Of a stretch of 37,412 nucleotides of DNA, positions 10,092 to 20,009 are shown piece after piece. Each line of letters opens with the position of its first letter. Positions within the stretch are counted from its first letter, which is position 1. The DNA lies in assembly GCA_028282585.1 (NCBI GenBank), contig JANQHR010000121.1, positions 1-37,412 on the forward strand, written 5' to 3'. A model generated the notes under the pieces. The model worked only from the letters and a program-made list of their open reading frames with translations, ran no database searches and was not told where the DNA came from. The stretch comes from Bacteroidales bacterium (GTDB taxonomy: Bacteria; Bacteroidota; Bacteroidia; Bacteroidales; UBA12077). A program made the translations under genes and the position numbers.

Positions 10092-10675
10092 ATCAAATGA
10101 ATAATTTTACGAAAGGATTCTTCAAGGATAATCCGGTATTTGTTTTATTCCTGGGATTATGTCCAATGTTAGGTGTAACAACAACTGCATTTAATGGACT
10201 AGGAATGGGATTGGCTACGACATTTGTATTAGTAATGTCAAACCTTGTGGTATCCATTGTTAAGTCTCAAATTCCTGATAAGGTTCGTATACCTTCTTTT
10301 ATTGTTATCATTGCATCATTTGTAACAATGGTAGAGCTCTTAATGCAAGCATATTTACCAGCCTTATTTGATCAATTAGGGCTATTTATTCCACTTATTG
10401 TTGTAAACTGTCTTGTATTAGGTCGTTCAGAAGCATTTGCTTCTAAAAACGGGGTTTGGTCATCAATTGTGGATGGAACCGGTATGGGATTAGGTTTTGC
10501 ATTTGCATTAACTGTTTTAGGAGGCGTTCGTGAGATATTTGGTAGTGGAGCAATTTTTGGATATAAATTTATAGAGGGAGATGGAATGTTAGTATTTGTG
10601 CTGGCTCCAGGAGCTTTTATTGCTTTAGGTTACTTAATTGTGATGATTAATAAAATAAATGATAAAACTGCTTAA
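10088..10675 (+). CDS. rnfE: Rnf complex subunit E
   Basis: NPVF..LGLCP, VRIP, FIPLIVVNC..LGR.E, REIFGSG, APGAF. ATGA overlap with rnfG. Confidence 0.96.
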   Translation: MNQMNNFTKGFFKDNPVFVLFLGLCPMLGVTTTAFNGLGMGLATTFVLVMSNLVVSIVKSQIPDKVRIPSFIVIIASFVTMVELLMQAYLPALFDQLGLFIPLIVVNCLVLGRSEAFASKNGVWSSIVDGTGMGLGFAFALTVLGGVREIFGSGAIFGYKFIEGDGMLVFVLAPGAFIALGYLIVMINKINDKTA

Positions 10676-10685
10676 ATAAAATACT

Positions 10686-11258
10686 ATGGAATATTTACTT
10701 ATAATAATAGCGGCAATATTTGCAAATAATATTGTATTAATGCAATTCCTTGGTATTTGTCCATTTATTGGAGTATCAAGTAAAGTTGAAACTTCTATTG
10801 GAATGACCGGGGCAGTTACCTTTGTAATGGTTATTGCAACGATTGTAACTTATTTATTACAACATTACGTATTAAATACGTTTGAGATCGGTTTTATGCA
10901 AACCATAACATTTATTCTTGTAATTGCATCTTTAGTTCAGTTAGTAGAGATTATTTTAAAGAAAGTTAGTCCTGCACTTTATCAGGCACTGGGAATTTTC
11001 TTACCATTGATAACAACAAACTGTGCAGTATTAGGTGTAGCTATTTTAGCAGTACAAAAAGATTATAACTTAATACAAAGCGTTGTTTATGCAATAGCAA
11101 ATGCGATTGGATTTGGTATAGCACTTATATCTTTTGCAGGATTGCGAGAGCATATGGACATGGTAAACATTCCAAAAGGCATGAAAGGTGTTCCAATTGC
11201 TTTCGTAGTAGCAGGATTATTAGCTTTAGCATTTATGGGATTTTCAGGTATAGCTTAA
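10686..11258 (+). CDS. rnfA: Rnf complex subunit A
   Basis: [42 protein letters not shown]. Confidence 0.96.
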   Translation: MEYLLIIIAAIFANNIVLMQFLGICPFIGVSSKVETSIGMTGAVTFVMVIATIVTYLLQHYVLNTFEIGFMQTITFILVIASLVQLVEIILKKVSPALYQALGIFLPLITTNCAVLGVAILAVQKDYNLIQSVVYAIANAIGFGIALISFAGLREHMDMVNIPKGMKGVPIAFVVAGLLALAFMGFSGIA

Positions 11259-11278
11259 AAAAAAGTTATTATATATCG

Positions 11279-11308
11279 AAGAGCAACTATATATTGGTTG
11301 CTCTTTTT
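11279..11308 (+). terminator. Intrinsic terminator of rnf operon
   Basis: AAGAGCAAC(11279-11287)/GTTGCTCTT(11297-11305) stem running into a T-tract. Confidence 0.8.
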
Positions 11309-11363
11309 GTTTTATATTGCAGTAGTTTTTTTTAAATTGCTTTCGATTACAGCAGTTAATTAG

Positions 11364-13676
11364 ATGAGGTATAAAAAGTATATATTACTTTTCATTTTAG
11401 TAACAAATTCTTTTTTTCTAACATCTTCTGAAAAAAGAAATGTACTTATCTTAAATTCTTATCACAAGGGTTTACAATGGACAGATGATATTGTCACAGG
11501 AATAAATGCAGGACTTTCAGAAAGTTCGTTTGATTTGGAGATATATATTGAGTTTATGGACTCGAAGAGGTTTTTTCATCAAAATGATTATTACACCTCG
11601 CTTAATAAAGCCTTTAAAGCTAAGTATTCAAAAATTGATCTGGACGTAATTATTGTTTCCGACGATTATGCACTCAATTTCATGTTAGATCACCGCGATA
11701 GTTTATTTGGCGAAATCCCTGTTGTATTTTGTGGAATAAATAATCCGCATAATTACCCAAAAACTTATACTGGAGTGTTAGAGACAATAGAATATGTTGA
11801 AAATTTTAAACTAATTAAGAGTTTACATCCGAATTACTCAAAAATTTATTTTATTGTTGACGAGACCAAAACAGGTAATATAATTTATGATAGAGCTTAC
11901 AAAGCATATTTGCCATTAAAAAGCGAATATCAATACGAGTTTTTGAGAGATTATAGTTTTGAAGAATTATTTAAAAAGGTTGAGAATTTAGATAAAGATG
12001 CAATAATTCTTTTAACTTCGTTTACTAAGGACAGATTAAATTTTTATTGTTCTTATAATGAAATAATTACTAATATTCATAAGCGTGCAAATGTTCCAAT
12101 ATACGGGACATGGGATTTTTATTTGAATAAAGGTATTACGGGAGGCAAACTTGTAATAGGCCACAATCTGGGATATGAAGCAGGCTTAAAAGCAAATAGA
12201 ATTCTGAACGGTGAAAAGGCAGAAGATATTGGTATTGGATTATCATTATCGAATTTTATTTTTGATTATTCAAAAATGAAGCAATTTGGGATTAAAAAAT
12301 CTGATTTACCAAAAAGATCCGTGCTTATAAGCCACCCTTTAGCCTTTATAACAGAAAACCGGCAACAAACTATCTTCTTTGGAATTATACTGATTTTACT
12401 AGTACTCATTATTCTTATTCTTTGGACATATCTAATTTTTCGAAAACGAACAATAAGAAGAGAAAGGCGCTATTTAAAGAGTTTAGAACTTAATAATGAG
12501 AAATTACAATTGGCAAAAGAAAAGGCGGAAGAGGCTGACCGTTTAAAATCAGCTTTCCTCGCTAATATGTCACATGAGCTGCGAACTCCTATGAACGGTA
12601 TTATTGGTTTTTCTAGATTAATTCTTGAATCAAACGAGCTTGATGAGGAAACAAAAGAAAAATATTTAAATATAATTCATAAAAGTGGGTATATTTTACT
12701 TGATTTAGTAAATGACATAATTGATCTTTCTAGAATTGAAGCAAAACAATTAAAGCTAAATAATACGGAATTTAAATTAAATGATCTTATAGATGAATTA
12801 TTAAGCTTCTTTTTATCTGAACGTGATAATTTAGAAAAACAGCACATTAAGATATTAGCTGAAAAAGAATACAGTTATCAGGATTTAGATATATATTCAG
12901 ACAGCAACCGAATTAGACAGGTTTTGTATAATTTATTAACTAATGCATTGAAATTTACTATTAAAGGATCGATAAAATTTGGTTATTATATTGAGTTACC
13001 AAATATTGTATTTTTTGTGAAAGATACAGGAATTGGTCTTAATGAGCAGGAGAAAATTGTAATATTTGAAAGGTTTAGACAGGTTGATGATAGGTCTACT
13101 CGACGATATGGCGGATCAGGTATCGGCCTTTCCATTTGTAAGGGAATCGTTGAGAATTTAAATGGGAAAATATGGGTAGAGTCAGAGAAAGATAAGGGCT
13201 CAACATTCTATTTTACAGTACCATTTAACCAAACCGAATCGGGAACCATTGAAAAGAAAAATTCGTTAGATCATAAAGTGTATACCTGGCCTGACAGAAC
13301 CATATTAATTGTTGAAGACTCCAAAGTATCTTATGAATTATTAACTAAATTCTTAAAAGATGCAAAAGTTCACTTTCTTCATGCCCCGGATGGAGAGCAA
13401 GCTGTCAAATTCTGTAAATCAAATGATAAGATTAATCTTGTTTTAATGGATATTCAATTACCAATTATGGATGGTTTGGAAGCTACAGAACATATTAAGA
13501 GGTTAAAACCTGAATTACCAATAATAGCACAAACGGCTAATGTGATGGATGACGATGAATCCAATATTATTCTGGCTGGGTGCGACGACTACATTTCTAA
13601 ACCTATTAATAGAATAGAGTTATTACAAAAAATTGATAAGTACCTGAATGTATCAGGTGAAAAAATTAATTATTGA
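11364..13676 (+). CDS. Hybrid sensor histidine kinase (ABC substrate-binding-like periplasmic domain, TM, HisKA, HATPase, receiver)
   Basis: N-terminal hydrophobic segment, VLILNSYH and PVVFCG (substrate-binding-like), [44 protein letters not shown] and SKP. Confidence 0.92.
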   Translation: MRYKKYILLFILVTNSFFLTSSEKRNVLILNSYHKGLQWTDDIVTGINAGLSESSFDLEIYIEFMDSKRFFHQNDYYTSLNKAFKAKYSKIDLDVIIVSDDYALNFMLDHRDSLFGEIPVVFCGINNPHNYPKTYTGVLETIEYVENFKLIKSLHPNYSKIYFIVDETKTGNIIYDRAYKAYLPLKSEYQYEFLRDYSFEELFKKVENLDKDAIILLTSFTKDRLNFYCSYNEIITNIHKRANVPIYGTWDFYLNKGITGGKLVIGHNLGYEAGLKANRILNGEKAEDIGIGLSLSNFIFDYSKMKQFGIKKSDLPKRSVLISHPLAFITENRQQTIFFGIILILLVLIILILWTYLIFRKRTIRRERRYLKSLELNNEKLQLAKEKAEEADRLKSAFLANMSHELRTPMNGIIGFSRLILESNELDEETKEKYLNIIHKSGYILLDLVNDIIDLSRIEAKQLKLNNTEFKLNDLIDELLSFFLSERDNLEKQHIKILAEKEYSYQDLDIYSDSNRIRQVLYNLLTNALKFTIKGSIKFGYYIELPNIVFFVKDTGIGLNEQEKIVIFERFRQVDDRSTRRYGGSGIGLSICKGIVENLNGKIWVESEKDKGSTFYFTVPFNQTESGTIEKKNSLDHKVYTWPDRTILIVEDSKVSYELLTKFLKDAKVHFLHAPDGEQAVKFCKSNDKINLVLMDIQLPIMDGLEATEHIKRLKPELPIIAQTANVMDDDESNIILAGCDDYISKPINRIELLQKIDKYLNVSGEKINY

Positions 13677-13704
13677 TTTTTATCATTGTTAAATAACATC
13701 TTAC

Positions 13705-13745
13705 ATAGTTGATATACATGAGAATTATCAACTATTTTCATTTTT
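13705..13745 (+). terminator. Stem-loop after the kinase (terminator or operator)
   Basis: Perfect 10-bp ATAGTTGATA(13705-13714)/TATCAACTAT(13726-13735) followed by a T-rich tract. A -7 element TATTTTTG follows at 13754-13761. Confidence 0.5.
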
Positions 13746-13794
13746 CGAGAATCTATTTTTGTTTAAATTACTAATGCGAGAATAGGTTAAGGAA

Positions 13795-14958
13795 ATGAAT
13801 GCTTTTAATTCGATAAAACAATCAGATTTTTTAAAGAATAGGAGATACGAGGCCTTTGTATTTCTTATTTTATTTTTTGGATTTTTTGGTTATTTAGGAA
13901 GTGTGATGGGAATAACCAATTTACTAAATACTATTATGAATACAGCTTGGGATTTATTGATGAATACTGTATTCTTTATTTTAGGGATTACAGTTTTATC
14001 TGGTGCATTAGGTAAATTAATGATTGAATTTGGAGTGGTTCGTTTACTTGAGATTTTCTTAGCCCCATTAATGAAGCCCATATTTAGATTACCAGGAGTA
14101 GCATCATTAGCAGGGTTAATGACATTTTTTTCTGATAATCCTGCAATAATCAGTCTCTCAAATGATAAGAATTTCAGTAGATATTTTAAAAGATATGAGT
14201 TAATATCATTGACTAATTTTGGAACTGCATTTGGAATGGGATTGATTGTTCTAACCTTCATGTCAAGCTTTGGGTACTTTGGTCCGGCCATGATTGGATT
14301 CCTTGGAGCAATCATGGGAGCTATGGTCTCAACAAGATTAATGCAGATGATGATTAAAAAGGAATTCCCAAAAGAAGAAGATGTAATTATTAAAGAAGAT
14401 TCTTCAACTATTTCATTTAAGTCAAAGGGAGGTGTCTTCTTACGCTTTTTAAATTCTATTTTAGATGGTGGAAAGTCAGGTGTTGATTTAGGTCTTCAAA
14501 TTATTCCGGGAGTGCTTATTATAAGTACCATGATTATGATTATTACATTTGGTCCTAACGATCCTAATTTAGGATATCAAGGTATGGCCTATGAAGGTGT
14601 TCCGATTTTACCAAAGATAGCAGGTTGGCTCGATTGGTTGTTCAAAGGATTATTTGGATTTGAAAATCCAGAATTAGTCGCTTTTCCAATTACTTCTTTA
14701 GGTGCTGTTGGTGCAGCCCTTTCTTTAGTAAAAGAGTTTATTAACCAGGGAATAATTTCAGGAAATGAAATCGCAGTTTTTACGGCAATGGGCATGTGTT
14801 GGAGCGGTTACTTAAGTACGCATACTGCTATGTTAGACACATTAAATTATAGGCACCTAACTTCTAAAGCACTTATATCACATACCGTTGGTGGAATTTT
14901 TGCAGGTACAATTGCCCACTATACTTATGTATTGTTAAATGTTTGGTTTAATATATAA
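13795..14958 (+). CDS. Polytopic membrane protein, CD0519/CD1768-like (nucleoside-recognition Gate-type putative transporter)
   Basis: Many hydrophobic segments in two halves. PLMKPIFRLPG, FSDNPAII, LTNFGTAFGMG, GGKSGV..IIPGV, FPITSLGAVG, CWSGYLSTH. Confidence 0.65.
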   Translation: MNAFNSIKQSDFLKNRRYEAFVFLILFFGFFGYLGSVMGITNLLNTIMNTAWDLLMNTVFFILGITVLSGALGKLMIEFGVVRLLEIFLAPLMKPIFRLPGVASLAGLMTFFSDNPAIISLSNDKNFSRYFKRYELISLTNFGTAFGMGLIVLTFMSSFGYFGPAMIGFLGAIMGAMVSTRLMQMMIKKEFPKEEDVIIKEDSSTISFKSKGGVFLRFLNSILDGGKSGVDLGLQIIPGVLIISTMIMIITFGPNDPNLGYQGMAYEGVPILPKIAGWLDWLFKGLFGFENPELVAFPITSLGAVGAALSLVKEFINQGIISGNEIAVFTAMGMCWSGYLSTHTAMLDTLNYRHLTSKALISHTVGGIFAGTIAHYTYVLLNVWFNI

Positions 14959-14988
14959 TTTAGGATTCAAATTCGAATATTTAGGCTG

Positions 14989-15013
14989 GCCTTGCAATTT
15001 GCAAGGCTTTTTT
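14989..15013 (+). terminator. Intrinsic terminator
   Basis: GCCTTGCA-ATT-TGCAAGGC followed by T6. Confidence 0.85.
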
Positions 15014-15075
15014 ATTTTAGCATGTATTCTTATATTTTGATACTATGATTCGTCTTCTTATTTTCCATATTTCAA

Positions 15076-15257
15076 TGCCAATGTTTTGGAAACAGCATGT
15101 AAGCGAATAGGTGTTGAACTGATAACCAGTGTAAAATATATATGAAATATTTGCTGTTTTAGAGTAATTTTTTTATTAGATCGCAACTAAGTTTAATAAA
15201 CGTAATATTCTTAAAGTTAGCAGCATACTGGATTTTCCATGTTTCGTGCAACGTTTT
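15076..15257 (-). repeat. Imperfect long inverted repeat downstream of serine hydrolase (decayed attC-like site)
   Basis: TGGAAACAGCATG (about 15087-15099) pairs with CATACTGGATTTTCCA (about 15224-15239) with a 3-nt bulge. It begins 2 nt after the stop codon. Confidence 0.35.
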
Positions 15258-15259
15258 AA

Positions 15260-16738
15260 TTAATTCAAGGTTTTTTCTGAGATTGATGTCAACATCCATT
15301 TCTCATTGAAAAGCGTAAAAATAAAAGTGTAATCTTTATTAAATAAGTCTTTGTACTTCAAATTATCTACTGTAGATATAGCTCCATTTTCTATTCCGCC
15401 AATAGACAGATCAATTTTAGTATCTTCCTCCACACTGCCTTTATCACTTAATTCATAAGCTAAAAAGTTCAGGAAATCGGACTTATCTTTCCATTTTAGA
15501 CTGGAAAAATCATCAGAAATACAATTTTCTACCAAGTTTAAATTAGCTTCCTTTAAACCGGTTCTGAAATCTCGTAGTGTTTTATGCATAGATTTAACAA
15601 CTTTTGAGATTTTTTCTTCGTCACGTTTGAATTGGACTCCATAGGGCTTCTTTTCCAAACTCAATGCTTTCTGTATTAAAATTAAACCTTCATCCAAACT
15701 AAAATAACTACCCCTATTGACAGAAATTGCTACCGAGATATTTAATTCAGGAATTACCATTAAGTGGGTACGGCCGCCTTGCACTTCTCCGTTGTGGTAT
15801 ATTAAATTTTGACCAGTATTTAACATATCCACTTTCCATCCGATTGCATGAGGGACAGAGGTGCCGTTTTCCAGTGTTCCTGGTGTAGAAAAGTTCGATT
15901 TTGACGCTTTATCAAATGTATTATTGTTATCAAAAAACAATGCTCCGAATCTTACCAAATCAATTACATTGGATCTTAAACCACCACTAGCCCATTTATA
16001 GCTCAAATTTCTTATATGATTCGTTTTATTCTTACCTTCGTAAATATCAGCATATTCTGGTTTAAAATCATCTTTTTTTTCCACTTCAATAGAACTCAAA
16101 TCAAATGGTTGGGTGATGTATTCTTTGAGTAATATTTCATAATTCTTTCCGGATATTTTTTCCAGGCAGGCAGCAATGAGGTTATAACCATAGCTTGAGT
16201 AGTAATAATTAGTTATTGGTTCAAACAATAAAGAATCATTAACAAAGAGTTCTAAACTCTCTATACTGCTTTTATATGGTTTTCTATTCAAGTTCTCTTC
16301 ACCGTAATTATAATGTCTGACACCACTTGTGTGATTTGCTAAAGATTGCAATGTAATCTTTTTGCCCTTCTCACCAAATTCTGGCAAATATTTAAAAATA
16401 TTATCATGCAAATCTAATTTACTCTCAGTTCTCATAATTTCCAATATCGTTGAAGTAAAGAGCTTCGATACACTGCCAATTCTATAAGATTTATTTTCTT
16501 TGATCTGCACTGCCTTGTTATCTAGTATTTCAAACCCATTAGCCCAAAACAGACTACTATTAATATAAACAGCAGCTGAAACAGATTGTGAGTTTGTTTC
16601 AAGCTGTATTTTTTTTATAAAATTATCCAGTTCTGAAAAACTGTCTTTTTTGATTTGAGCAAAACTTGTACTACAGAATAATATGGTTAAAATCAAAAAT
16701 CCTTGCTTTCTAAAGTCTTTTTCAAAAATGTTGCGCAT
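15260..16738 (-). CDS. Serine hydrolase (beta-lactamase class C-like family) with extra C-terminal NTF2-like domain
   Basis: IGSVSK (SxxK), LANHTSG, YSSYGY, HNG. The signal peptide (ILTILFCSTSFA-Q) favours ATG 16738 over 16864. Confidence 0.8.
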   Translation of the reverse strand: MRNIFEKDFRKQGFLILTILFCSTSFAQIKKDSFSELDNFIKKIQLETNSQSVSAAVYINSSLFWANGFEILDNKAVQIKENKSYRIGSVSKLFTSTILEIMRTESKLDLHDNIFKYLPEFGEKGKKITLQSLANHTSGVRHYNYGEENLNRKPYKSSIESLELFVNDSLLFEPITNYYYSSYGYNLIAACLEKISGKNYEILLKEYITQPFDLSSIEVEKKDDFKPEYADIYEGKNKTNHIRNLSYKWASGGLRSNVIDLVRFGALFFDNNNTFDKASKSNFSTPGTLENGTSVPHAIGWKVDMLNTGQNLIYHNGEVQGGRTHLMVIPELNISVAISVNRGSYFSLDEGLILIQKALSLEKKPYGVQFKRDEEKISKVVKSMHKTLRDFRTGLKEANLNLVENCISDDFSSLKWKDKSDFLNFLAYELSDKGSVEEDTKIDLSIGGIENGAISTVDNLKYKDLFNKDYTFIFTLFNEKWMLTSISEKTLN

Positions 16739-16981
16739 TCCTAAAACTAGATTTTGTAAAGATTGTGAGAAATCAGTCCTATTGGGCTTGCGTACCAAAG
16801 CCTTGGTATTGGTACGCATTAAATTTATTACATCGCTATCGGTTGTTGACCTTTTAATTTTCATGTTTTCAAATCTTTATAAATCGGTGAATTTAATATA
16901 TAAATTGCATCAGTTTGATTTAAAAACTCAATTTGTTTTAGTGCTATATTTTCTTTTCCTTCCTTTTCTTCCTTCATTTAA

Positions 16982-17260
16982 TTAAGGAATTGTTATCTTA
17001 AGTAAACGAACTATTTTCTAGAATTACAAATTCAATTAATTCAAATCTGTAATGTTCACTTTAATTTCAGGCAAGTTCTAAAAATTTATCCCAAAAACAA
17101 AACTTATATTATTATACCGTTTAATAAATATTTAATCACTTTAATAACTCTAAGTTTAAATTCAAATACTTGGGCAAACCTTTCAATTTTTGAGACTTTT
17201 ATGTTTTAGCTACAAAATTAATGATTTGAAAATAGTTTCGTTAATTAAGAACATTTTTAA
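16982..17260. repeat. About 280-bp non-coding element with imperfect terminal inverted repeats (MITE-like remnant)
   Basis: TGTTATCTTAAGTAAACGAACTATTTTC (16991-17018) is an imperfect inverse of GAAAATAGTTTCGTTAATTAAGAACA (17228-17253). TTAA lies at both outer ends. Confidence 0.3.
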
Positions 17261-17325
17261 GTTTATTTATAATGGTGATTATATAATTAGTAGCAGATTT
17301 TTAATAAGCACGGGAATGAAAATAA

Positions 17326-17946
17326 TTACTCATAACCATTATTGTGCAATGTTTTTTTTTGCTTTTTAAATTCTAACAAATACCTGGTAGCGTATGATGA
17401 ATATGGCCTCCACCTACGTGCTATTTTTATCATATTAGATTTACGTTTTGAGTCAATGGAATATGTTTCTGCCATTATTTGCTTTAAGTGATAATCTGAG
17501 TAGGGAAATACATCATTTCTTTTTAGAGTGTAGATTAGAATCATTGCCACAGTTGTATCTCCAACGCCTTTAATGGACAATAGTTTACTTTTAACATCTT
17601 CATCACTCAACGTATCCCATTCGTCATTATTTTTGTTAAAAAAAATCAAAGTTTCGTTTAAAGCCTGAATCTTTTTCATTGAAAGCTTTACACCTTTCAA
17701 AGCAACTCTTTCAAATTTCTCAAATTTTTCAATCGTTAATGATTCTATTTCAGTTTTCTGAAGCATTTTATCAAAAATTTTCTTAGTACTTCTGTAATGT
17801 ATTTGTTGCTCTATGATACAACTTATTAAGTCATTAAAGACATTATTAGTGCTTTGAATTTCATTAATTTTAACTGTATTAATAACTCTCCTTAAAACAT
17901 CATCTGCCTGAGATAAAAATTTACTTATATCGTTTATATTTTCCAT
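17326..17946 (-). CDS. DNA-3-methyladenine glycosylase 2 (AlkA-like, HhH-GPD)
   Basis: LISCIIEQQI, HhH LLSIKGVGDTT, DVFPYSD, WRPYSSYA. Confidence 0.85.
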   Translation of the reverse strand: MENINDISKFLSQADDVLRRVINTVKINEIQSTNNVFNDLISCIIEQQIHYRSTKKIFDKMLQKTEIESLTIEKFEKFERVALKGVKLSMKKIQALNETLIFFNKNNDEWDTLSDEDVKSKLLSIKGVGDTTVAMILIYTLKRNDVFPYSDYHLKQIMAETYSIDSKRKSNMIKIARRWRPYSSYATRYLLEFKKQKKTLHNNGYE

Positions 17947-18006
17947 GGCGTGAGTTGACCCCTTTTTTAATACATCCGCTTCACTTTTACACTCGTTTTT
18001 AATGTG

Positions 18007-18093
18007 TTATTTGCCCGTTTTTTCTAATTTATTATGGATTAATTCTTTTTCATTTTTCTTGTTCGCAAATTCAATTGCTTTGTTTAAATATTC
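18007..18093 (-). pseudogene. Probable 3' remnant of a lost gene (TPR-like helical C-terminus)
   Basis: Startless open frame EYLNKAIEFANKKNEKELIHNKLEKTGK* immediately after the GNAT stop. Confidence 0.35.
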
Positions 18094-18533
18094 TATTTCT
18101 TTACCATTATAACAGTTTCAATATCTGCTGGATTTTTACCTGCATCTTTAAAATCTATAAAACCATTTTTTTCATAAATACTTCTGGCACTTTTACCTTC
18201 TTCTATTTTTTTAGAAAATGTTTGGACATAAATATCTCCGTTTCTTTTAAGCTCTTCTATTGCTTTTTTGACTAGTTTATCTCCATATTTATTTCCGCGA
18301 TATTTTTTACCTACAGCTAACCATACTATTTCATTATTATCTCTATCCAATGCAATAATTCCAGTAATATTTCCATTCTGGTCATTAATACCAAACGCAT
18401 TGTTTTTTTGAATGCAATTTTTAATTCCTTCTTGGAACTCTCTGGAATCTGACATTGGTCCAAATAGTGGTTCTACTTCTTTTGCAAGTTCTATCCAGGT
18501 AGAGTAATCTTGCTCACTGAGTAATCTGATCAT
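18093..18533 (-). CDS. GNAT family N-acetyltransferase
   Basis: LAVGKKYRGNKYG acetyl-CoA motif A and ARSIYEKNGF motif B. Confidence 0.88.
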   Translation of the reverse strand: MIRLLSEQDYSTWIELAKEVEPLFGPMSDSREFQEGIKNCIQKNNAFGINDQNGNITGIIALDRDNNEIVWLAVGKKYRGNKYGDKLVKKAIEELKRNGDIYVQTFSKKIEEGKSARSIYEKNGFIDFKDAGKNPADIETVIMVKK

Positions 18534-18586
18534 ACTGTTTTTATTGTCTTTTAATTGTTGTAAGAAAAATTGTTAATGTCTTGAAT

Positions 18587-18608
18587 TAAAATATGTTGAC
18601 ATATTTTA
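18587..18608. promoter_or_regulatory. Operator-like palindrome upstream of GNAT gene
   Basis: TAAAATATGT-TG-ACATATTTTA, perfect 10-bp arms, 53 nt upstream of the ATG. Confidence 0.4.
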
Positions 18609-18923
18609 GCAGTTTTTTGCTAAAGATAAATCAACTTTAGTTTTCATTTTGATACATAAGGGAGTTTAAAATTTTCCATTTAAATGAAAAATGTTGTACT
18701 TAATTTTCCCTCTAATTAGCCTAGTCTTTTTTAATTCTTTAAATATCCCAATAATTTTGTCTTATAATAAATTGTATTACGCAAAATCGCTAAAAGGTTA
18801 CTATCAATATTTATAATATTTAAAGCATTTAGGTTTTGTAATTTTAGTTAGAAAATTCTTTTTTACGATTTTATTTTTCAGCAATATTATATATCAGGGG
18901 AGTATCATCAAAATAGTCCTAAT

Positions 18924-20009
18924 TTAGTTATTAAATAGTATTTTAGATAAATCGCTAGCAATATTTTCGACATAATCTGCATACTTATTACAAAGTACAA
19001 TTATAGTAATGTTATCTTCTGGAAACATCCACATATCAGCAAAGAATATACCATTACTGCCATTATGCCATATTATTTTTGTGTCTCTTTTACTTTTTTC
19101 AATTACCCAACCATACCCGTAAAAAGAATTTCCATTTTCATATTCTAAAATATGAGGATGAAGATAATTTTTGGTTATTTCTTTATTAAGTATGAAATGG
19201 TTTTTAATCGCTTTGCTCCATTTTAATAAGTCGTTGGTATTGGATAATATACCTCCATTGCCTTTTAGATTAAGATAAGGCCCATCATCACTCCAATTTT
19301 CTTCATTTGGTCTTTTAAGCTCAGTTTCATCGAAATATCCTTTTGCGATAATTTTTTTGTCCCAATCCGGAATTATATATCCTGTATTATGTATACCTGA
19401 AGGGATAAAAACTACCTTATTAAGGTACTCTTCATAGCTCATGCCAGTAATCTTCTCAATAATAATAGCTAAAAGACTATATCCAACATTTGAATAATTA
19501 TATTTTTCTCCTATTGGGCTTATTAATTTAGTTTTATAAACAGTGTCAATGAACCTATTAAGAGTTACAGCTTCATAATCACCCCCAACAATATCTATTA
19601 ATCCTGATGAATGTGTTAGCAGATGATGAATATTTATTTGTTTTTTATCGTCCGGAACATTGTTGAAATATTTTGTGATATTGTCTTCTAATAATAACTC
19701 ACCATCCATTACAAGTTTCATTATTGCAGCACCTGTAAATTGTTTGGTAATAGAACCGATATCAAAAATGGTATTTGGTTCATTTAAAGCGTTTTGAGTC
19801 CTATCGCTAAAACCATAACCTTTATTATGAATTATACTGTCATTTTTGCTAATTAATATCGTACCTGAAAATTCCTTTTCCATTAGTTTTTCAGAGTAAT
19901 TGTGGATAGCTATTTTCAGGTTGGATTTTGCAGTTTGTTGTTGATTGTTTTTACAATTTATAAATAAGATAAAAAAAATTGGTAAAACTTTAATTCTAGT
20001 ACTTATCAT
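18924..20009 (-). CDS. Serine hydrolase lipoprotein (beta-lactamase class C-like family)
   Basis: Lipobox-like ILFINC, FDIGSITK, LLTHSSG, YSNVGY, HNG. Confidence 0.88.
   Translation of the reverse strand: MISTRIKVLPIFFILFINCKNNQQQTAKSNLKIAIHNYSEKLMEKEFSGTILISKNDSIIHNKGYGFSDRTQNALNEPNTIFDIGSITKQFTGAAIMKLVMDGELLLEDNITKYFNNVPDDKKQINIHHLLTHSSGLIDIVGGDYEAVTLNRFIDTVYKTKLISPIGEKYNYSNVGYSLLAIIIEKITGMSYEEYLNKVVFIPSGIHNTGYIIPDWDKKIIAKGYFDETELKRPNEENWSDDGPYLNLKGNGGILSNTNDLLKWSKAIKNHFILNKEITKNYLHPHILEYENGNSFYGYGWVIEKSKRDTKIIWHNGSNGIFFADMWMFPEDNITIIVLCNKYADYVENIASDLSKILFNN

Noticed and set aside
16739-16864. N-terminal 42 aa of the 534-aa ORF
   Set aside because: It places the signal peptide too far from the N-terminus and overlaps an operator-like dyad. 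ATG 16738 is preferred.
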